Source: Eledone cirrhosa (lineage: Eukaryota). From it: a DNA stretch of 64,000 nucleotides. The position numbers were made by a program, and so were the translations under genes. The stretch is taken from the NCBI GenBank assembly GCA_964016885.1, contig OZ024741.1:2356001-2420000 (forward strand), written 5' to 3'. Positions within the stretch are counted from its first letter, which is position 1, and each line of letters starts with the position of its first letter. This document shows positions 28,800-42,400 of this stretch, one piece after another. Below the pieces are notes generated by a model. The model was not told where the DNA came from. It saw only the letters and a list, made by a program, of their open reading frames with translations, and did no database searches.

Positions 28800-29385
28800 T
28801 GTCAGTGGTGGTGTTGGTGGTGGTGGTGGTCTTGGTGATGATGGTGGTAGTGATGGTGGTGGTGGTGTTGGTGGTGGTGTTGGTGGTGGTGGTGTTGGTG
28901 ATGATGGTGGTAGTGGTGGTGGTGGTTGTGGTGGTGCTGGTGGTAGTGGTGGTGGTGGTCGTGGTTGTGGAGGTGGTGGTGGTAGTTGTGGTGGTGGTCG
29001 GGTGGTGGGGGTAGTGGTGGTGACGGTGGCGGTAGTGGTGGTGGTGGTTTGTGGTAGTGGTAGTGGTGGTTGGTAGTGGTGGTGGTGGTAGTGGAGATAG
29101 TGGTAGTTGTGGTGGTGGTAGTGGTGGTTGGTAGTGGTGGTGGTGGTAGTGGTGGTGGTAGTAGTGGTGGTGGTAGTGGTGGTGGTGGTAGTGGTGGTGG
29201 TGGTGGTGGTAGTAGTGGTGGTGGTAGTGGTGATAGTGGTATTAGTGGTGGTGGTAGTGGTGATAGTGTTGGTGGTTAGTGGTGATAGTGGTAGCGGTGG
29301 TGGTGGTTGTGGTGGTAGTGGTGATAGTGGTAGTGGTGGTGGTGGTAGTGGTGGTAGTGGTGATAGGGGTAGTGGTGGTGGGGGT
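28800..29385. repeat. (GGT)n-rich cryptic microsatellite
   Basis: Direct reading. Confidence 0.9.
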
Positions 29386-29499
29386 GCAATAGACGGAGAT
29401 CAGACGGACAACTGGAAAGGTTGTGAAAAGGAAGAAGGAAGGAAGGAAAATTGAAGGAGATTGATGGACGAATGTAGGTGTAACATTAGCGAGAGATGG

Positions 29500-31510
29500 A
29501 GTTATGGTCAGTAGTGGTCAGAGAGGTGAGGTGGTGGTGGTGGTGGTCATTTAGGTGAGATGGTGGTGGTGTTATAGTGGTCAGTGAGTTGGTGGTGTAG
29601 TGGTCAGTGAGGTGGTGGTGGCGATCAGTGAGGTTGTGGTGATCAGTGAGGTGGTGCTGGTGGTCAGTGAGGTGGTGCTGGTGATCAGTGAGGTGGTGGT
29701 GGTCAGTGAGGTGGTGGTGGTGTAGTGATGAGTGAGGTGAGATGATGGTGTAGTGGTCAGTGAAGTGAGATGGTGGTGGTGTAGTGGTCAATGAGGTGAG
29801 ATGGTGGTGTAGTGGTCAGTAAGGTGAGATGATGGTATAGTGGTCAGTGAGGTGGGATGGTGGTGTAGTGGTCAGTGAGATGGGATGGTGGTGTAGTGGT
29901 CAGTGAGGTGAGATGGTGGTGTAGTGGTCAGTGAGGTGAGATGGTGGTGTAGTGGTCAGTGAGGTGAGATGATGGTGTAGTGGTCAGTGAGGTGAGATGG
30001 TGGTGTAGTGGTCAATGAGGTGAGATGATGGTGGTGTAGTGGTCAGTGAGGTGAGATGGTGGTGCAGTGGTCAGTGAGGTGAGATGATGGTGTAGTGGTC
30101 AGTGAGGTGAAATGATGGTGTAGTGGTCAGTGAGGTGAGATGATTTTGTAGTGGTCAGTGAGGTGAGATGATGGTGCAGTGGTCAGTGAGGTGAGATGAT
30201 GGTGTAGTGGTCAGTGAGGTGAGATGATGGTGCAGTGGTCAGTGAGGTGAGATTATGGTGTAGTGGTCAGTGAGGTGAGATGATGGTGCAGTGGTCAGTG
30301 AGGTGAGATGATGGTGTAGTGGTCAGTGAGGTGAGATGATGATGTAGTGGTCAGTGAGGTGAGATGATGGTGTAGTGGTCAGTGAGGTGATATGGTGGTG
30401 GTGTAGTGGTCAGTGAGGTGAGATGATGGTGTAGTGGTCAGTGAGGTGAGATGGTGGTGTAGTGGTCAGTGAGGTGAGATGATGGTGCAGTGGTCAGTGA
30501 GGTGAGATGATGGTGGTGTAGTGGTCAGTGAGGTGAGATGATGGTCTAGTGGTCAGTGAGGTGAGATGGTGGTGGTGTAGTGGTCAGTGAGGTGAGATGA
30601 TGGTGTAGTGGTCAGTGAGGTGAGATGATGATGGTGTAGTGGTCAGTGAGGTGAGATGATGGTGTAGTGGTCAGTGAGGTGAGATGGTGGTGCAGTGGTC
30701 AGTGAGGTGAGCTGATGTTGTAGTGGTCAGTGAGGTGAGATGGTGGTGTAGTGGTCAGTGAGGTGAGATGGTGGTGTAGTGGTCAGTGAGGTGAAATGAT
30801 GGTGCAGTGGTCAGTGAGTTGAGATGATGGTGGTGTAGTGGTCAGTGAGGTGAGATGTTTGTGTAGTGGTCAGTGAGGTGAGATGGTGGTGTAGTGGTTA
30901 GTGAGGTGAGATGATGGTGTAGTGGTCAGTTAGGTGAGATGTTTGTGTAGTGGTTAGTGAGGTGAGATGATGGTGTAGTGGTCAGTGAGCTGAGATGTTT
31001 GTGTAGTGGTCAGTGAGGTGAGATGGTGGTGGTGTAGTGGTTAGTGAGGTGAGATGATGGTGTAGTGGTCAGTGAGGTGAGATGTTTGTGTAGTGGTCAG
31101 TGAGGTGAGATGATGGTGCAGTGGTCAGTGAGGTGAGATGATGGTGGTGTAGTGGTCAGTGAGGTGAGATGATGGTGCAGTGGTCAGTGAGGTGAGATGA
31201 TGGTGTAGTGGTCAGTGAGGTGAGATGATGGTGTAGTGGTCAGTGAGGTGAGATGATGGTGTAGTGGTCAGTGAGGTGAGATGATGGTGGTGTAGTGGTC
31301 AGTGAGGTGAGATGGTGGTGTAGTAGTCAGTGAGGTGAGATGATGGTGTAGTGGTCAGTGAGGTGAGATGGTGGTGGTGTAGTGGTCAGTGAGGTGAGAT
31401 GATGGTGTAGTGGTCAGTGAGGTGAGATGATGGTACAGTGGTCAGTGAGGTGAGATGATGGTAGTGTAGTGGTCAATGAGGTGAGATGGTGGTGTAGTTG
31501 TCAGTGAGGA
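29500..31510. repeat. 28-bp minisatellite (GTGGTCAGTGAGGTGAGATGATGGTGTA)n with 31-bp variants
   Basis: Period 28 (e.g. 29951, 29979); degenerate left edge. Confidence 0.95.
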
Positions 31511-31524
31511 GGTATGTGAGTGGG

Positions 31525-32255
31525 TTGGTAGGTAGGTAGGTAGGCAGGTATGGAGGTAGGGAGGGAGGTAGGGAGGGAGGGAGGGAGGTAGGTAGGGAGG
31601 TAGGTAGGGAGGTAGGTAGGGAGGTAGGTAGGGAGGCATGGAGGTAGGTAGGGAGGTAGGGAGGTAGGTAGGTAGGTAGGTAAGTAGGTAGGTAGGGAGG
31701 TAGGTAGGAAGGTAGGTAGGAAGGTAGGGAGGTAGGGAGGTAAATAGGGAGGTAGGTAGGTAGGTATGTAGGTAGGTAGGGAGGTAAGGTGGTAGGTAAG
31801 GGGTAGGTAGGGAGGTAGGTAGGAAGGTAGGTAGGAAGGTAGGGAGGTAGGGAGGTAGGTAGGGAGGTAGGGAGGTAGGTAGGGAGGTAGGTTGGGAGGT
31901 AGGGATGTAGGTAGGTAGGGAGCTAGGTAGGGAGTTAGGGAGGTAGGTTGGGAGGTAGGTAGGGAGGTAGGTAGGTAGGTAGGTAGGGAGGGAGGGAGGT
32001 AGGGAGGTAGGTAGGTAGGTAGGTAGGGAGGGAGGGAGGTAGGGAGGTAGGTTGGGAGGTAGAGAGGTAGGTAGGTAGGGAGGTAAATAGGGAGGTAGGT
32101 AGGGAGGTAGGGAGGTAGGTAGGTAGGTAGGTAGGTAGGTAGGTAGGTAGGGCTTGAGGTAGGTAGGTAGGTGGGAGGTAGGTAGGTAGGGAAGTAGGTA
32201 CTTGCATGTAGATGTACGGGGATACATAAGCAGGTAGGGAGGTAGGGAGGTAGCT
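31525..32255. repeat. (AGGT/AGGG)n tetranucleotide tract
   Basis: Direct reading. Confidence 0.95.
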
Positions 32256-32437
32256 TAGTTGGCAAATATATAGGTAGATTGAAGATAACTGATGGTTTGA
32301 TAGATTGACAAGTGATTGGTATTTGCCTATATTGATTAACACACACACACATATAAATATCATGCACACACACACAAATACACATATATAAAACTATCAT
32401 GCACACAGACACACACACATATATAACTCTCATGCAT

Positions 32438-32470
<33 letters not shown>

Positions 32471-32545
32471 CAACTATCATGCACACACACACACATATAT
32501 ATATATAACTATCATTCACACACACATACACACACACATACACAT

Positions 32546-32604
<59 letters not shown>

Positions 32605-32828
32605 CACACACACACACATATATATATGTGCTGATGGTAGTGATGATGTTGATGATGTTGATGTTTGATGAGGACGGTTTCTAATTGAGCCACAAGGTCA
32701 GCAGTCTCAGTGACGGTGATTATTTCGACCCTAGTACTTGATTGCTATTGTAAAGTAAGGGCATTGACATTTCAGGTATTTGAGGTCGGAAGGGCCCTAG
32801 TTAAATACCACAATCCCTTGAAGATAAT

Positions 32829-33019
32829 AATTGTTTCTACTTTTGGCACAAGGCCAGAAATTATCCCAGTGTATTACTGGTACTTTCTTTTATCGACCCC
32901 GTAAGGATGAAAGGTAAAATTAACCTCGGCGGGATTTGAACTCAGATCATAAAAGGCCGTTACTCTTTGCTACAAAGCATGGCGTCCGACCCTCTACGGA
33001 TACTGCCAATCCACCGCCC
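32829..33019 (-). mobile_element. tRNA-derived SINE inserted at the tail of an older SINE; TSD-like CCCTTGA(A/T)GATAATAAT
   Basis: Full-length homology; duplicated flank at ~32815-32831 and ~33017-33033. Confidence 0.85.
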
Positions 33020-33030
33020 TTGATGATAAT

Positions 33031-33192
33031 AATGGTTTCTGATTTAGGCACAAGGCCAACAATTTTAGGAGCGAGGAGAAAGTCGATTAAATCAACCCCA
33101 GTATGTTACGGCTACTTTTTTTACAGACCCCGAAAGGACGAAAGGCAAAGATTAACCTCGGCGGGATTTGAACTCAAAGCGTAAAGGGCTGC
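33031..33192 (-). mobile_element. Older, longer SINE subfamily with an extra ~30-bp segment near the 3' end
   Basis: Same core plus AGGAGCGAGGAGAAAGTCGATTAAATCAACCCCAGT, which is absent from the other copies. Confidence 0.75.
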
Positions 33193-33203
33193 AAATATGT
33201 GTA

Positions 33204-33327
33204 ATGTGATGGTCAAGGAGGTCACCACCCTTTACATCACTGTCAGTTATGTAGGGGTCAAGTAGGTCACCACCCTTTACATCACTGTCAGTTATGTGAT
33301 GGTCAAGTAGGTCACCACCCTTTACAT
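33204..33327. repeat. 45-bp tandem repeat, ~2.7 copies
   Basis: GGTCAAG at 33211, 33256 and 33301. Confidence 0.85.
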
Positions 33328-33407
33328 GACAGAGATGTTGACGATGATGAGGATGACAGTCATGATGGTGAGGAGGTGGAAATGGTTGTTCTTGTTGCTG
33401 TTGTAGA

Positions 33408-36400
33408 TGGAGGTGATGGGGTGGTTACAGTGGTGATGGTAGTGGTGGTGGTGGTGGAGGTGATGGGGTGGTTACAGTGGTGATGGTAGTGGTGGTGGTG
33501 GTGGAGGTGATGGGGTGGTTACAGTGGTGATGGTAGTGGTGGTGGTGGTGGAGGTGATGGGGTGGTTACAGTGGTGATGGTAGTGGTGGTTGTGGTGGAG
33601 GTGATGGGGTGGTTACAGTGGTGATGGTAGTGGTGGTGGTGGTGGAGGTGATGGGGTGGTTACAGTGGTGATGGTAGTGGTGGTTGTGGTGGAGGTGATG
33701 GGGTGGTTACAGTGGTGATGGTAGTGGTGGTGGTGGTGGAGGTGATGGGGTGGTTACAGTGGTGATGGTAGTGGTGGTTGTGGTGGAGGTGATGGGGTGG
33801 TTACAGTGGTGATGGTATTGGTGGTTGTGGTGGAGGTGATGGGGTGGTTACAGTGGTGATGGTAGTGGTGGTTGTGGTGGAGGTGATGGGGTGGTTACAG
33901 TGGTGATGGTAGTGGTGGTGGTGGTGGAGGTGATGGGGTGGTTACAGTGGTGATGGTAGTGGTGGTTGTGGTGGAGGTGATGGGGTGGTTACAGTGGTGA
34001 TGGTAGTGGTGGTGGTGGTGGAGGTGATGGGGTGGTTACAGTGGTGATGGTAGTGGTGGTGGTGGTGGAGGTGATGGGGTGGTTACAGTGGTGATGGTAG
34101 TGGTGGTTGTGGTGGAGGTGATGGGGTGGTTACAGTGGTGATGGTAGTGGTGGTGGTGGTGGAGGTGATGGGGTGGTTACAGTGGTGATGGTAGTGGTGG
34201 TGGTGGTGGAGGTGATGGGGTGGTTACAGTGGTGATGGTAGTGGTGGTGGTGGTGGAGGTGATGGGGTGGTTACAGTGGTGATGGTAATGGTGGTTGTGG
34301 TGGAGGTGATGGGGTGGTTACAGTGGTGATGGTATTGGTGGTTGTGGTGGAGGTGATGGGGTGGTTACAGTGGTGATGGTAGTGGTGGTGGTGGTGGAGG
34401 TGATGGGGTGGTTACAGTGGTGATGGTATTGGTGGTTGTGGTGGAGGTGATGGGGTGGTTACAGTGGTGATGGTAGTGGTGGTGGTGGTGGAGGTGATGG
34501 GGTGGTTACAGTGGTGATGGTATTGGTGGTGGTGGTGGAGGTGATGGGGTGGTTACAGTGGTGATGGTATTGGTGGTTGTGGTGGAGGTGATGGGGTGGT
34601 TACAGTGGTGATGGTAGTGGTGGTGGTGGTGGAGGTGATGGGGTGGTTACAGTGGTGATGGTATTGGTGGTGGTGGTGGAGGTGATGGGGTGGTTACAGT
34701 GGTGATGGTAGTGGTGGTTGTGGTGGAGGTGATGGGGTGGTTACAGTGGTGATAGTATTGGTGGTGGTGGTGGAGGTGATGGGGTGGTTACAGTGGTGAT
34801 GGTATTGGTGGTGGTGGTGGAGGTATTGGGTGGTTACAGTGGTGATGGTAGTGGTGGTGGTGGTGGAGGTGATGGGGTGGTTACAGTGGTGATGGTAGGG
34901 GTGGTGGTGGTGAAGGTAATGGGGTGGTTACAGTGGTGATGGTAGTGGTGGTTGTGGTGGAGGTGATGGGGTGGTTACAGTGGTGATAGTATTGGTGGTG
35001 GTGGTGGAGGTGATGGGGTGGTTACAGTGGTGATGGTAGTGGTGGTGGTGGTGGAGGTGATGGGGTGGTTACAGTGGTGATGGTAGTGGTGGTGGTGGTG
35101 GAGGTGATGGGGTGGTTACAGTGGTGATGGTAGTGGTGGTTGTGGTGGAGGTGATGGGGTGGTTACAGTGGTGATGGTAGGGGTGGTGGTGGTGAAGGTA
35201 ATGGGGTGGTTACAGTGGTGATGGTAGTGGTGGTTGTGGTGGAGGTGATGGGGTGGTTACAGTGGTGATAGTATTGGTGGTGGTGGTGGAGGTGATGGGG
35301 TGGTTACAGTGGTGATGGTAGGGGTGGTGGTGGTGAAGGTAATGGGGTGGTTACAGTGGTGATGGTAGTGGTGGTTGTGGTGGAGGTGATGGGGTGGTTA
35401 CAGTGGTGATAGTATTGGTGGTGGTGGTGGAGGTGATGGGGTGGTTACAGTGGTGATGGTAGTGGTGGTGGTGGTGGAGGTGATGGGGTGGTTACAGTGG
35501 TGATGGTAGTGGTGGTGGTGGTGGAGGTGATGGGGTGGTTACAGTGGTGATGGTAGTGGTGGTGGTGGTGGAGGTGATGGGGTGGTTACAGTGGTGATGG
35601 TATTGGTGGTGGTGGTGGAGGTGATGGGGTGGTTACAGTGGTGATGGTAGTGGTGGTGGTGGTGGAGGTGATGGGGTGGTTACAGTGGTGATGGTAGTGG
35701 TGGTGGTGGTGGAGGTGATGGGGTGGTTACAGTGGTGATGGTATTGGTGGTGGTGGTGGAGGTGATGGGGTGGTTACAGTGGTGATGGTAGTGGTGGTGG
35801 TGGTGGAGGTGATGGGGTGGTTACAGTGGTGATGGTATTGGTGGTTGTGGTGGAGGTGATGGGGTGGTTACAGTGGTGATGGTAGTGGTGGTGGTGGTGG
35901 AGGTGATGGGGTGGTTACAGTGGTGATGGTATTGGTGGTTGTGGTGGAGGTGATGGGGTGGTTACAGTGGTGATGGTAGTGGTGGTGGTGGTGGAGGTGA
36001 TGGGGTGGTTACAGTGGTGATGGTATTGGTGGTGGTGGTGGAGGTGATGGGGTGGTTACAGTGGTGATGGTAGTGGTGGTTGTGGTGGAGGTGATGGGGT
36101 GGTTACAGTGGTGATGGTAGGGGTGGTGGTGGTGAAGGTAATGGGGTGGTTACAGTGGTGATGGTAGTGGTGGTTGTGGTGGAGGTGATGGGGTGGTTAC
36201 AGTGGTGATGGTAGTGGTGGTGGTGGTGGAGGTGATGGGGTGGTTACAGTGGTGATGGTATTGGTGGTGGTGGTGGAGGTGATGGGGTGGTTACAGTGGT
36301 GATGGTAGTGGTGGTTGTGGTGGAGGTGATGGGGTGGTTACAGTGGTGATGGTAGGGGTGGTGGTGGTGAAGGTAATGGGGTGGTTACAGTGGTGATGGT

Positions 36401-39332
36401 AGTGGTGGTTGTGGTGGAGGTGATGGGGTGGTTACAGTGGTGATAGTATTGGTGGTGGTGGTGGAGGTGATGGGGTGGTTACAGTGGTGATGGTATTGGT
36501 GGTGGTGGTGGAGGTGATGGGGTGGTTACAGTGGTGATGGTAGTGGTGGTGGTGGTGGAGGTGATGGGGTGGTTACAGTGGTGATGGTATTGGTGGTGGT
36601 GGTGGAGGTGATGGGGTGGTTACAGTGGTGATGGTATTGGTGGTGGTGGTGGAGGTGATGGGGTGGTTACAGTGGTGATGGTAGTGGTGGTGGTGGTGAA
36701 GGTAATGGGGTGGTTACAGTGGTGATGGTATTGGTGGTTGTGGTGAAGGTGATGGGGTGGTTACAGTGGTGATGGTAGTGGTGGTTGTGGTGGAGGTGAT
36801 GGGGTGGTTACAGTGGTGATGGTATTGGTGGTGGTGGTGGAGGTGATGGGGTGGTTACAGTGGTGATGGTATTGGTGGTGGTGGTGGAGGTGATGGGGTG
36901 GTTACAGTGGTGATGGTATTGGTGGTGGTGGTGAAGGTGATGGGGTGGTTACAGTGGTGATGGTATTGGTGGTGGTGGTGGAGGTGATGGGGTGGTTACA
37001 GTGGTGATGGTATTGGTGGTGGTGGTGAAGGTGATGGGGTGGTTACAGTGGTGATGGTATTGGTGGTGGTGGTGAAGGTGATGGGGTGGTTACAGTGGTG
37101 ATGGTATTGGTGGTGGTGGTGGAGGTGATGGGGTGGTTACAGTGGTGATGGTATTGGTGGTGGTGGTGAAGATGATGGGGTGGTTACAGTGGTGATGGTA
37201 TTGGTGGTGGTGGTGGAGGTGATGGGGTGGTTACAGTGGTGATGGTAGTGGTGGTGGTGGTGGTGGAGGTGATGGGGTGGTTACAGTGGTGATGGTAGTG
37301 GTGGTGGTGGTGGAGGTGATGGGGTGGTTACAGTGGTGATGGTATTGGTGGTGGTGGTGGAGGTGATGGGGTGGTTACAGTGGTGATGGTAGTGGTGGTG
37401 GTGGTGGAGGTGATGGGGTGGTTACAGTGGTGATGGTATTGGTGGTGGTGGTGGAGGTGATGGGGTGGTTACAGTGGTGATGGTATTGGTGGTGGTGGTG
37501 GAGGTGATGGGGTGGTTACAGTGGTGATGGTAGTGGTGGTGGTGGTGAAGGTAATGGGGTGGTTACAGTGGTGATGGTATTGGTGGTTGTGGTGAAGGTG
37601 ATGGGGTGGTTACAGTGGTGATGGTAGTGGTGGTTGTGGTGGAGGTGATGGGGTGGTTACAGTGGTGATGGTATTGGTGGTGGTGGTGGAGGTGATGGGG
37701 TGGTTACAGTGGTGATGGTATTGGTGGTGGTGGTGGAGGTGATGGGGTGGTTACAGTGGTGATGGTATTGGTGGTGGTGGTGAAGGTGATGGGGTGGTTA
37801 CAGTGGTGATGGTATTGGTGGTGGTGGTGGAGGTGATGGGGTGGTTACAGTGGTGATGGTATTGGTGGTGGTGGTGAAGGTGATGGGGTGGTTACAGTGG
37901 TGATGGTATTGGTGGTGGTGGTGGAGGTGATGGGGTGGTTACAGTGGTGATGGTATTGGTGGTGGTGGTGAAGGTGATGGGGTGGTTACAGTGGTGATGG
38001 TAGTGGTGGTTGTGGTGGAGGTGATGGGGTGGTTACAGTGGTGATGGTATTGGTGGTGGTGGTGGAGGTGATGGGGTGGTTACAGTGGTGATGGTATTGG
38101 TGGTGGTGGTGGAGGTGATGGGGTGGTTACAGTGGTGATGGTAGTGGTGGTGGTGGTGGAGGTGATGGGGTGGTTACAGTGGTGATGGTAGTGGTGGTTG
38201 TGGTGGAGGTGATGGGGTGGTTACAGTGGTGATGGTATTGGTGGTGGTGGTGGAGGTGATGGGGTGGTTACAGTGGTGATGGTATTGGTGGTGGTGGTGA
38301 AGGTGATGGGGTGGTTACAGTGGTGATGGTATTGGTGGTGGTGGTGGAGGTGATGGGGTGGTTACAGTGGTGATGGTATTGGTGGTGGTGGTGGAGGCGA
38401 TGGGGTGGTTACAGTGGTGATGGTATTGGTGGTGGTGGTGAAGGTGATGGGGTGGTTACAGTGGTGATGGTAGTGGTGGTGGTGGTGGAGGTGAGGAGGT
38501 GGTTACAGTGGTGATGGTAGTGGTGGTGGTGGTGAAGGTGATGGGATGGTTACATTGTTCATGGTAGTGGTGGTGGTGGAGGTGATGGAGTGGTTACAGT
38601 GGTGATGGTAGTGGTGGTGGTGGAGGAGGTGATGGGGTGGTTACAGTGGTGATTGTATTGGTGGTGGTGGAGGTGATGGGGTGGTTACAGTGGTGATCGT
38701 AGTGGTGGTGGTGGTGAAGGTGATGGGATGGTTACATTGTTCATGGTAGTGGTGGTGGTGGAGATGATGGGGTGGTTACAGTGGTGATGGTATTGCTGGT
38801 GGTGGTGAAGGTGATGGGGTGGTTACAGTGGTGATGGTATTGGTGGTGGTGGTGGAGGTGATGGGGTGGTTACAGTGGTGATGGTAGTGGTGGTGGTGGT
38901 GGAGGTGATGGGGTGGTTACAGTGGTGATGGTATTGGTGGTGGTGGTGGAGGTGATGGGGTGGTTACAGTGGTGATGGTAGTGGTGGTTGTGGTGGAGGT
39001 GATGGGGTGGTTACAGTGGTGATGGTATTGGTGGTGGTGGTGGAGGTGATGGGGTGGTTACAGTGGTGATGGTAGTGGTGGTGGTGGTGGTGGTGGTGGT
39101 GGAAGCGATGGGGCGGTTACAGTGCTGATGGTAGTGGTGGTGGTAGAGGTGATGGGGCGGTTACAGTGGTGATGGTAGTGGTGGTGGTGGAGGTGATGGG
39201 GTGGTTACAGTGGTGATGGTAGTGGTGGTGGTGGAGGTGATGGGGTGGTTACAGTGGTGATGGTAGTGGTGGTGGTGGTGGAGGTGATGGGGTGGTTACA
39301 GTGGTGATGGTAGTGGTGGTGGTGGTGGTGGA
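33408..39332. repeat. 47-bp G-rich minisatellite (GGAGGTGATGGGGTGGTTACAGTGGTGATGGTAGTGGTGGTGGTGGT)n, ~125 units
   Basis: TTACAG at 33425, 33472 and onward; highly homogeneous. Confidence 0.97.
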
Positions 39333-39439
39333 GTTGATGAAAGTGTTCATAATAAGAATAATGATGTTGATGAATATAGTAATGATAACAATTGTAATGA
39401 CAGTAGGGACAGTCTTATTATGTAGAAGTGTGTTATTCA

Positions 39440-42400
39440 ATGACAGTAGTGGTAATGACAGTAGTGGTAATGACAGTAGAGGTAATGACAGTAGTGGTAA
39501 TGTCAGTAGTGGTAATGACAGTAAGTAGAGTTAATGACAGTAGTGGTAATGACAGTATTGGTAATGACAGTAGTGGTAACAACAGTAGTGGCAATGACAG
39601 TAGTGGTAATGACAGTAGTGGTGATGACAGTAGTGGTAATGAGAGTAGTGGTAATGATAGTAGTGGTAATGACAGTAGTGGTAATGACAGTAGAGGTAAT
39701 GACAGTAGTGGTAATACCAGTGGTGGTAATGACAGTAGTGGCGATGACAGCAGAGGTAATGTCAGTAGTGGTAATGACAGTAGAGGTAATGACAGTAGTG
39801 GCAATGACAGTAGTGGTAATGACAGTAGTGGTAATGACAGTAATGATTATGAGAGTAGTGGTAATGACAGTAGTGGTAATGACAGTAGTGGTAATGACAG
39901 TAATGATTATGAGAGTAGTGGTAATGACAGGAGTGGTAATGACAGTAGTGGTGATGACAGCAGAGGTAATGTCAGTAGTGGTAATGACAGTAGTGGTAAT
40001 GACAGTAGAGGTAATGACAGTAGTGGTAATGACAGTATTGGTAATGACAGTAGTGGTAATGACAGTAATGGTAATGACATTAGTGGTAATGCCAGTAGTG
40101 GTAACGACAGTAATCGTAATGACAGTAGTGGTAATGACAGTAGTGGTAATGACAGTAGTGGTAATAACAGTAGTGGTAATGACAGTAGTGGTAATGACAG
40201 TAATCGTAATGACAGTAGTGGTAATGACAATAGTAGTAATGACAGTAGAGGTAATGACATTAGTGGTAATGACAGTAGTGCTAATGACAGTAATGGTAAT
40301 GACAGTAATGGTAATGTCAGTAGTGGTAATGACAGTAGTGGTAATGACAGTAGAGGTAATGACATTAGAGGTTATGACAGCAGTGGTAATGACAGTAATG
40401 GTAATGACAGTAGTGGTAATGACAGTAGTGGTAATGACAGTAGTGGTAATGACAGTAGTAGTAATGACAGTAGAGGTAATGACAGTAGTGGTAATGGCAT
40501 TAGTGGTAATGACAGTAGTTGTAATGGCAGTAGTGGTAATGACAGTAATGTTAATGACAGTAGTGGTAATGACAGTAGTGGTAATGACAGTGGTGGTAAT
40601 AACAGTAATGGTAATGACAGTAGTGGCAATGACAATAGTGGTAATGACAGTAGTGGTAATGACAGTAGAAGTAATAACAGTAATGATAATGACAGTAGTG
40701 GTAATGACAGTAGTGGTAATGACAGTAGTGGTAATGACAGTGGTGGTAATGGCAGTAGTGGTAATGGCAGTATTGGTAATGACAGTAGTGGTAATGACAG
40801 TATTGGTAATGACAGTAGTGGTAATGACAGTATTGGTAATGACAGTAATGGTAATGACGGTAGAGTTAATCACAGTAGTGGTAATGACAGTAGTGGTAAT
40901 GACAGTAGTGGTAATGACAGTATTGGTAATGACAGTAATGGTAATGACGGTAGAGTTAATCACAGTAGTGGTAATGACAGTAGTGGTAATGGCAGTAGTG
41001 GTAATGGCAGTATTGGTAATGACAGTATTGGTAATGACAGTAGTGGTAATGACAGTAGTGGTAATGACAGCAGTGGTAATGGCAGTAGAGGTAATGACAG
41101 TATTGGTAATGTCAGTAGTGGTAATGACAGTAGTGGTAATGCCAGTAGTGGTAATGACAGTAGTGGTAATGACATTAGTGGTAATGACAGTAGTGGTAAT
41201 GGCTGTTGTGGTAATGACAGTAGTGGTAATGACAGTAGTGGTAATGACAGTAGTGGTAATGACAGTAGAGGTAATGCCAGTAGTGGTAATGACAGTAGTG
41301 GTAATGACAGTGGTGGTAATGTCAGAAGTGGTAATGACAGTAGTGGTAATGACAGTGGTGGTAATGTCAGAAGTGGTACTGACAGTAGTGGTAATGACAG
41401 TAGTGGTAATGACAGTAGTGGTAATGACAGTAGAGGTAATGCCAGTAGTGGTAATGACAGTAGTGGTAATGACAGTAGTGGTAATGACAGTAGTGGTAAT
41501 AACAGTAGTGATAATGACAGTAGTGGTAATGACAGTAGTGGTAATAACAGTAGTGGTAATGGCAGTAGTGGTAATGACAGTAGAGGTAATGTCAGTAGTG
41601 AAAATGACAGTAGTGGTAATGACAGTAGTGGTAATGACAGTGGTGGTAAAGGCAGTAGTGGTAATGACAGTAGTGGTAATGACAGTAGTGGTAATGACAG
41701 TAGTGGCAATGACAGTAATGGTAATGACAGTATTGGTAATGACATTAGTGGTAATGACAGTAGTGGTAATGGCAGTAGTGGTAATGACAGTAGTGGTAAT
41801 GACAGTAATAGTAATGACAATAATGGTAATGACAGAAGTGGTAATGACAGTAATGGTAATGACAGTAGTGGTAATAACAGTAGTGGTAATGACAGTAGAG
41901 GTAATGTCAGTAGTGGTAATGACAGTAGTGGTAATGACAGTGGTGGTAATGGCAGTAGTGGTAATGACAGTAGTGGTAATGACAGTAGTGGCAATGACAG
42001 TAGTGGTAATGGCAGTGGTGTTAATGACAGTAATGGTAATGACAGTAGTGGTAATGACAGTAGTGGCAATGACAGTGGTGGTAATGTCAGTAATGCTAAT
42101 GAAAGTAGTGGTAATGACAGTAGTAGTAATGACAGTAGTGGTAATGACAGTAGTGTTAATGACAGTAGTGGTAATGACAGTAGTGGTAATGACAGTAATG
42201 GTAATGACAATAGTGGTAATGACAGTAGTGGTAATGACAGTAGTGGTAATGGCAGTTGTGGTAATGACAGTAGTGGTAATGACAGTAGTGGTAATGACAG
42301 TAGTGGTAATGCCAGTAGTGGTAATGACAGTAGAGGTAATGTCAGTAGTGGTAATGACAGTAGTGGTAATGATAGTGGTGGTAATGGCAGTAGTGGTAAT

